Assembly: GCF_011386835.1 (NCBI RefSeq)
Contig: NC_088794.1
Location: forward strand, 1,116,001 to 1,180,000
From: Chrysemys picta bellii
Taxonomy: Eukaryota
DNA length: 64,000 bases
Reading direction: 5' to 3'
The notes under the pieces: generated by a model
What the model was told of the DNA's origin: nothing
The model's input: the letters and a program-made list of their open reading frames with translations, nothing else
Database searches by the model: none
Made by a program: the position numbers and the translations under genes
Shown: positions 59,201 to 64,000 of the stretch, piece by piece
Position numbering within the stretch: the first letter of the stretch is position 1
How the letters are laid out: the number at the start of each line of letters is the position of its first letter

Positions 59201-59941
59201 ACGGGACAGGTGTTAGGAGGCACTGCCGAGACCCCAGGGCAACAAGGGAAGATTTTCCCACAATGCACTGCTTCCAGTCTGGCTTGGGGGAATGGGATCC
59301 AGAGCCTTCCCAGGGCGCCAGCTCCGATCTGGCCCCAGACAGGGGACTGGTTGGCTCCGGGGGAGGGGAATGGGATATGGGACCTTTCCTCTCTCAGGCC
59401 ACTGGCTCCACCATGAGGGCCACTCACTGGTTGGGATCTGCTCTGAACCGGAGGAAGAGCCGGGCGACCGCGGTGTGTCCCAGCAGTGCGGCGACGAAGA
59501 GACCTGTCTGTCCAGCTGTGTTTTGGCCGTCCACATCCACCCCTAAGGAGGCAGGCACAAAGATTACCCACAGCTGACCAGGAATATGGCCCATCACCCA
59601 AAAGGTGTGACCCACAGAGACCACATCTCCCAGCATGCAACGCTCCCATCTTCATCCGAGCTGCAGGAGTGTGGCTCATGGGGACCCCAGCTCCCAGCAT
59701 GCAATGCTCCCATCTCGGCTTGGACACTCAGTTCATGGCAGAGCCTTGCACGCTGGATCCATGGTCTCTCTAGGCCAGGGCGGATTCACTGAGGGGCTTT
59801 ACCTCTCTTCAGCAGCCTCTTGGCCTTCTTGAGCCTGCCCTCAGTCGCGTGCTGGTGTAACTGCCCCGCCAGGGAGCACGGCTCGGCGACATAGCCCAGG
59901 CTGGCGGGGCAGCATGGCGGAAGCACTGGGGGCTTCGGCAT
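41235..59941 (-). CDS. TEX14-like ankyrin-repeat pseudokinase (divergent, short paralog); 3' exons tentative
   Basis: Phase-consistent exons 59941-59803, 59542-59428, 59184-59019, 58375-58215, 56106-56046, 55752-55622, 55552-55442, 55065-54942, 54551-54370, 54294-54155, 53636-53446, 53358-53250, 53171-53095. Peptides [67 protein letters not shown] match TEX14. Tentative later exons ~52808-52622, 42754-42487, ~42075-42030, ~41935-41870, ~41483-41398, 41313-41235. AATAAA on - strand at 41138-41143. Confidence 0.82.
46704..47092. mobile_element. Solo LTR nested in the Gypsy element, TSD GTGGC
   Basis: TGTGACG...CATGACA; GTGGC on both sides. Confidence 0.8.
47538..48130. mobile_element. hAT (Blackjack-like) MITE
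   Basis: TAGGGTTACC...GGTAACCCTA terminal inverted repeats. Confidence 0.7.
48531..48815. mobile_element. hAT (Charlie-like) MITE fragment
   Basis: CAGGAGTCGGCAACCTTTCAGAAGT start; same family as 57046-58031. Confidence 0.65.
50018..50298. mobile_element. PIF/Harbinger MITE with TAA target duplication
   Basis: TIRs GGCCTGGTCTACACTA / TAGTGTAGACCTACCC, flanked by TAA on both sides. Confidence 0.8.
51410..52590. repeat. ~40-bp intronic VNTR
   Basis: gatgccggggtgcaggccggggagatgcagacacagacgg(g/a)ttag variants. Confidence 0.9.
53637..54100 (-). repeat. VNTR of 7 copies of a 3' splice site (GCTAAC branch point, pyrimidine tract, CAG)
   Basis: - strand unit ...gagctaacccggctgctctgtgttccag; the last copy is the functional acceptor at 53637. 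Confidence 0.85.
54690..54960 (-). repeat. 57-bp VNTR duplicating an exon end and 5' splice site, 5 copies
   Basis: Unit translates [10 protein letters not shown]-(VSW/GSR)PGARVR; two copies keep GTGAG. Confidence 0.85.
56226..56349. mobile_element. Short hAT (TAGGGTGACCA-type) MITE
   Basis: TAGGGTGACCAGA...TCTGGTCTCCCTA inverted termini. Confidence 0.7.
56430..56830 (-). mobile_element. Penelope terminal fragment with hammerhead-like motif
   Basis: - strand gcat-CTGATGA-a-gtggg(ttctag)cccac-GAAA-gctt-aggc at 56515-56554. Confidence 0.7.
57046..58031. mobile_element. hAT MITE interrupted by a solo LTR (57193-57862, TSD TGTAT)
   Basis: GGGGTCGGCAACC...GGTTGCCTACCCC termini; nested TGTCAC...GTCACA with TGTAT on both sides. 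Confidence 0.75.
58435..58989. mobile_element. hAT MITE with internal tandem expansion, 8-bp TSD
   Basis: TIR CAGTGCTTAATT/AATTAAGCACTG; TSD GAGGCCCC/GAGGCCGC; internal ggttcagagccc repeats. Confidence 0.8.
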
Positions 59942-60819
59942 TGCTCTAGAAAGAGGGAGAGGCAGAAGGGAGGTTACCCGAGCTGGCTGTACTAAAGGGT
60001 GGAGGGGCGTCACCTGACAGTGCCGTGTATTTTATACACCCCAGGGTTCCCCTTGGGGTATGCTGGGGATCGGTGCTCTCAGTCGGTGGCTTTCTGCCTG
60101 TGCTCCTGCCCTTTCTCCCCATTTAAGGGTGGTCGGCCACGTCTGAACAAACTAACCTCTTGGTCACTCTTGGCATGACCCCCCACACACACACACCATG
60201 CTCTCCCCCCACCCCACCCCCCAGGAGGGTCCCAGTGCTCTCAACCCATTAATCCCTGCCCCGGGGGTCACTCTCCCCCCATGCCGGGGTGGGTGGCCAT
60301 ATCGGAGCAAACCAAACTCTCCTCCATCCTTGGCATGACCACAGTCCCCGCAGCCTACGTGTGGGCTAAAGAGCCTCCCCACTGCAGGCGGGGACAGAGT
60401 TACCCAGCTAACTCCCTGGGGGGGGGCGTCACTGTTGCCCACTCGCCCCCTTTCAGGTTCGGCGGCCATATTGGTGTGACCCAAACACCCGCCCGCCCAC
60501 CTGTGGCATGGCCACCGCCCACCCCCATGCCGGGGGAGCGTATCCGTTCACCTGCCCCATGCCCGCCCTAGTGCGGGGGGTGCTCTCGCCCCACCTTGAG
60601 CTGGGCGGCCATTTTGGAACGAATGCTGTGGGGTGGGCGGCCATACTGGGGCCAACCGAAGTCTGGCCCCCCCTTGGCGGGACTGCGCCCCTCCCCCCTT
60701 TGCTACGGCCCAGTCCCTTCCCCCACAGGATGTGGAAGGCCCCCCCCCCACCCCAGGGGCCAGTCAGCACCTGGGGGGGGCTCTGAGGGAGCACCCCAAG
60801 AAATCAATAGGGGAGCAGT

Positions 60820-61200
60820 GAAATCTGTCACTGCGCATGCGCGCGGCGTGTGGGGGTTACGGGAGGGGGTGGTGCCTGTTGCCGGGGCAGTTCGCCGGCC
60901 CCCTGCGCTGTGATTGGCTGAGAGAGCCTCGGTGGGCGGGGCCGGAGTCCGGAGCCCAACGGCCGCCCCGGCGCGAGGAGCTGGAAAAAGGCGCCAAAAG
61001 GCGGCCGGGGTCGGGCTCGCGCTGCAGCCGTTGGCGCCTCAGCGCCCCGCCCCCCTTGCAGCGGGAGGGGGGGCAGGAGCCCACGGGCCCTCCACAGGGG
61101 CCGCCCCGCCCCCACCCAGCCGCGTCACTGCGGGTCACTGCGGCCCGGCCAAGTGCCCCCCCGACCCCCCCCGCCTTGAGACAGAGACTCGGTCATGTCC
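60820..61200. promoter_or_regulatory. CpG island promoter, possibly bidirectional
   Basis: CpG-dense; NRF1-like TGCGCATGCGC (~60832), CCAAT (ATTGG ~60915), GC box GGGCGGGGCC (~60935); ~1 kb upstream of the TEX14-like ATG, whose coding exon starts with an acceptor, implying an upstream UTR exon. Confidence 0.5.
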
Positions 61201-61209
61201 GCGTGGGGG

Positions 61210-62760
61210 CGGGGCTGTGGCGTGGGGGGGCTCAGGGCTGGGGCAGAGGGTTGGGATGTGGGGGGGGGGTGGGCTGTGGGGTGGGCTGGGGATGAGGGGT
61301 GGGGGGGCTCAGGGCTGTGGGGTGGGCTGGGGATGAGGGGTTTGGGGGGTCTCAGGGCTGGGGCAGAGGGTTGGGATGTGGGGGGGTGAGGGCTGTGGGG
61401 ATGAGGGGTTTGGGGGGCTCAGGGCTGGGGCAGAGGGTTTGGGGTGGGGTGGGCTGGGGATGAGGGGGTGGGGTGGGGGGGTGCGGGCTCTGGGGTGGGC
61501 TGGGGATGAGGGGTTTGGGGGCTCAGGGCTGAGGCAGAGGGTTGGGATGTGGGGGGGTGTGGGCTGTGGGGTGGGCTAGGGGTGCGGGCTGGGGATGAGG
61601 GGTGGGGGGGCTCAGGGCTGGGGCAGAGGGTTTGGGGGGGGTGCGGGCTCTGGGGTGGGCTGGTGCGGGGGATGAGGGGTTTGGGGGCTCAGGGCTGAGG
61701 CAGAGGGTTTGGGGTGGGGGGGTGAGGGCTGGGGATGAGGGGTTTGGGGGGGCTCAGGGCTGAGGCAGAGGGTTTGGGGTGGGGGGGTGAGGGCTGGGGA
61801 TGAGGGGTTTGGGGGCTCAGGGCTGAGGCAGAGGGTTGGGATGTGGGGGGGTGTGGGCTGTGGGGTGGGCTGGGGATGAGGGGTGCGGGCTGTGGGGTGG
61901 GCTGGGGATGAGGGGTTTGGGGGGGCTCAGGGCTGGGGCAGAGGGTTTGGGGTGGGGGGGTGCGGGCTGTGGGGTGGGCTGGGGATAAAAGGTTTGGGTG
62001 CAGGCGGGTGAGGGCTCTGGGGTGGGATGGTGCGGGGGATGAGGGGTTTGGGGGGGGCTCAGGGCTGGGGATGAGGGGTGTGGGGTCTCAGGGCTGGGGC
62101 AGAGGGTTTGGGGTGGGGGGTGCGGGCTCTGGGGTGGGCTGGGGATGAGGGGTTTGGGGGCTCAGGGCTGAGGCAGAGGGTTGGGATGTGGGGGGTGCGG
62201 GCTGTGGGGTGGGCTGGGGATGAGGGGTTTGGGGGGGCTCAGGGCTGGGGCAGAGGGTTTGGGGTGGGGGGTGCGGGCTGTGGGGTGGGCTGGGGATAAA
62301 AGGTTTGGGTGCAGGCGGGTGAGGGCTCTGGGGTGGGATGGTGCGGGGGATGAGGGGTTTGGGGGGGGCTCAGGGCTGGGGATGAGGGGTGTGGGGTCTC
62401 AGGGCTGGGGCAGAGGGTTTGGGGTGGGGGGTGCGGGCTCTGGGGTGGGCTGGGGATGAGGGGTTTGGGGGCTCAGGGCTGAGGCAGAGGGTTGGGATGT
62501 GGGGGGGTGTGGGCTGGGGATGAGGGGTTTGGGGGCTCAGGGCTGAGGCAGAGGGTTGGGATGTGGGGGGGGTGGGCTTTGGGGTGGGCTGGGGATGAGG
62601 GGTGGGGGGGGTGCGGGCTGTGGGGTGGGCTGGGGATGAGGGGTTTGGGGGCTCAGGGCTGAGGCAGAGGGTTGGGATGTGGGGGGGTGCGGGCTGAGGG
62701 GTGGGGGGGCTCAGGGCTGGGGCAGGGGTGGGGGCAGGGCTGCGGTGAGGGGTTTGAGGT
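61210..62760 (+). repeat. 1.5-kb G-rich VNTR with high G-quadruplex potential
   Basis: ggggtgggctggggatgaggggtttggggggctcagggctgggg variants; extreme G skew. Confidence 0.9.
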
Positions 62761-63189
62761 GTGGGGGGTCCCACCGGAAAAGGCAGGGGTCTGAGGCGGG
62801 AGAGCAGTGCCCTGGCACGAGTGGGTGGGGGCACTAGGACCCTGCGGCGGCAGTGGATGCCGGGAGCTAGCAGAGCGGAGGCAGTGGGGAGCTGCAGGGG
62901 CCACCCACCTGCTTGCGGCAGGGACTGCCCGGGCCCAGGGATGCATGTGGGGGCAGCAAGTGGGGGCTGGGGGCACCAGGCAGAGCCAGGCGAGAGACCT
63001 GGCCCCAAATATTGGTGGTGCTGGGCCCTCAATATTGCTGGATCCCGGGCACCAGGGGCCCATAGAACTCGCCGCCCCTGCCAGCCCCTCTATCACCCAG
63101 TCCTGGGGGGGTTTGTCCCATCATGCCTTTGGGGCAGCTGCTCATGGGGGCATGGCACAAGCACGGTATCCCCTAGCGGGGCTTATCAG

Positions 63190-63540
63190 AGTCCCCGGGC
63201 GATGCTCTGGAACTGCTCCCCACAAAGCCAGTCAGGACTCTGGGGAGCCTCCTCTCCCTCGGAGCAGACTGTCTCCAGGGCAAGAAGCTCACACGGCTTC
63301 ACCTCCTGGGTCTCTCCTGGGAGCATTCAGCATATGCCCCTCCGTGCACTTCCCACAGTGAGTCCGCCCAGGCGGGGTCCTGGGAGAGCCAGAGGGTCCT
63401 GCACCCCCCACTTCGCAGTCAGACGTGACTCTCAGCCAGCCAGTAAAACAGAGGTTTATTAGACGACAGGAACATGGTCTAAAACAGAGCTTGTAGGTCC
63501 AGCGAACGGGACCCCTCCGCCGGGTCCATTCTGGGGGGCA
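63190..63540. mobile_element. Partial LTR, same family as 57193-57862
   Basis: Near-identical block gatgctctggaactgctccccacaaagccagtcagg...gtttattagacgacaggaac. Confidence 0.75.
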
Positions 63541-63837
63541 GGTGTAGAACTGATGAATGAAATTGTTTTTAATTGTTCACTTTATTAATGTAACTTCATA
63601 AGCAAAGTTTTATGAATGAAACAATATTCATTCATAAAACCGGTTACCCCAATAACTGGCTAATTAACAGTTAAGATGCTTGTTAAGAGCCATAGCTGTT
63701 CAGTCAGCTGCCTTTGTAAGTTTCACTATCAATCCAATTCCTGCTTAAATCACTGAGACTTGCACTGTTTCAGTATTGTAACTTCTGTTCACCATTTATT
63801 ACACTTGCCTACAGCGTAACTTCTGTTCACTGTTTGC

Positions 63838-64000
63838 CATAAGGACTGGGAATGGTTGAGCCATTACAAACATTGAATCTATTTCCCCTTGTAAGTATTC
63901 TCATACTTCTTATCAAACTGTCTGTCTGTACTGGGCTAGCTTGATTATCACTTCAAAAGTTTTTTTTCTCTTACTTAATTGGCCTCTCAGAGTTGGTAAG
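63838..64000 (+). mobile_element. Penelope 3' fragment
   Basis: KDWEWLSHYKH* resembles the end of the 4133-4723 ORF (NKDCEWLANY). Confidence 0.55.

Noticed and set aside
60164-60484. 106-aa ORF upstream of the TEX14-like ATG
   Set aside because: No similarity to the TEX14 N-terminus, and the 59941 ATG already aligns with the TEX14 start.

Overview
Eukaryotic, very GC-rich vertebrate DNA. The repeat content (CR1, Penelope, many 5-bp-TSD solo LTRs, hAT/Harbinger MITEs) and gene structures suggest a reptile, probably turtle, microchromosome; this is inference. Six protein-coding genes could be rebuilt by hand from splice signals: (1) a ~148-aa gene whose motifs suggest a circularly permuted GIY-YIG nuclease (-, 7296-7741, one homopolymer frameshift); (2) a 186-aa single V-set Ig receptor with a transmembrane Arg and short tail (-, 18130-20256); (3) an intron-rich ADP-ribosylarginine hydrolase (ARH1)-like gene with catalytic motifs intact (+, 21758-26910); (4) CABP5 (+, 31352-33434); (5) a 389-aa stand-alone clathrin heavy-chain N-terminal beta-propeller plus linker gene that stops before the leg/triskelion domains (+, 36900-40338); (6) a short, divergent TEX14-like ankyrin-pseudokinase gene (-, ~41235-59941) with a decayed Gypsy element in one intron. 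The rest is transposons and GC-rich VNTRs. Three VNTRs are tandem arrays of complete splice sites. Most long ORFs in the six-frame track are VNTR/GC artefacts. The best candidates for undescribed biology are the terminal-domain-only clathrin gene and the permuted GIY-YIG gene. All alignments were made by eye against remembered reference sequences; no database search was run.
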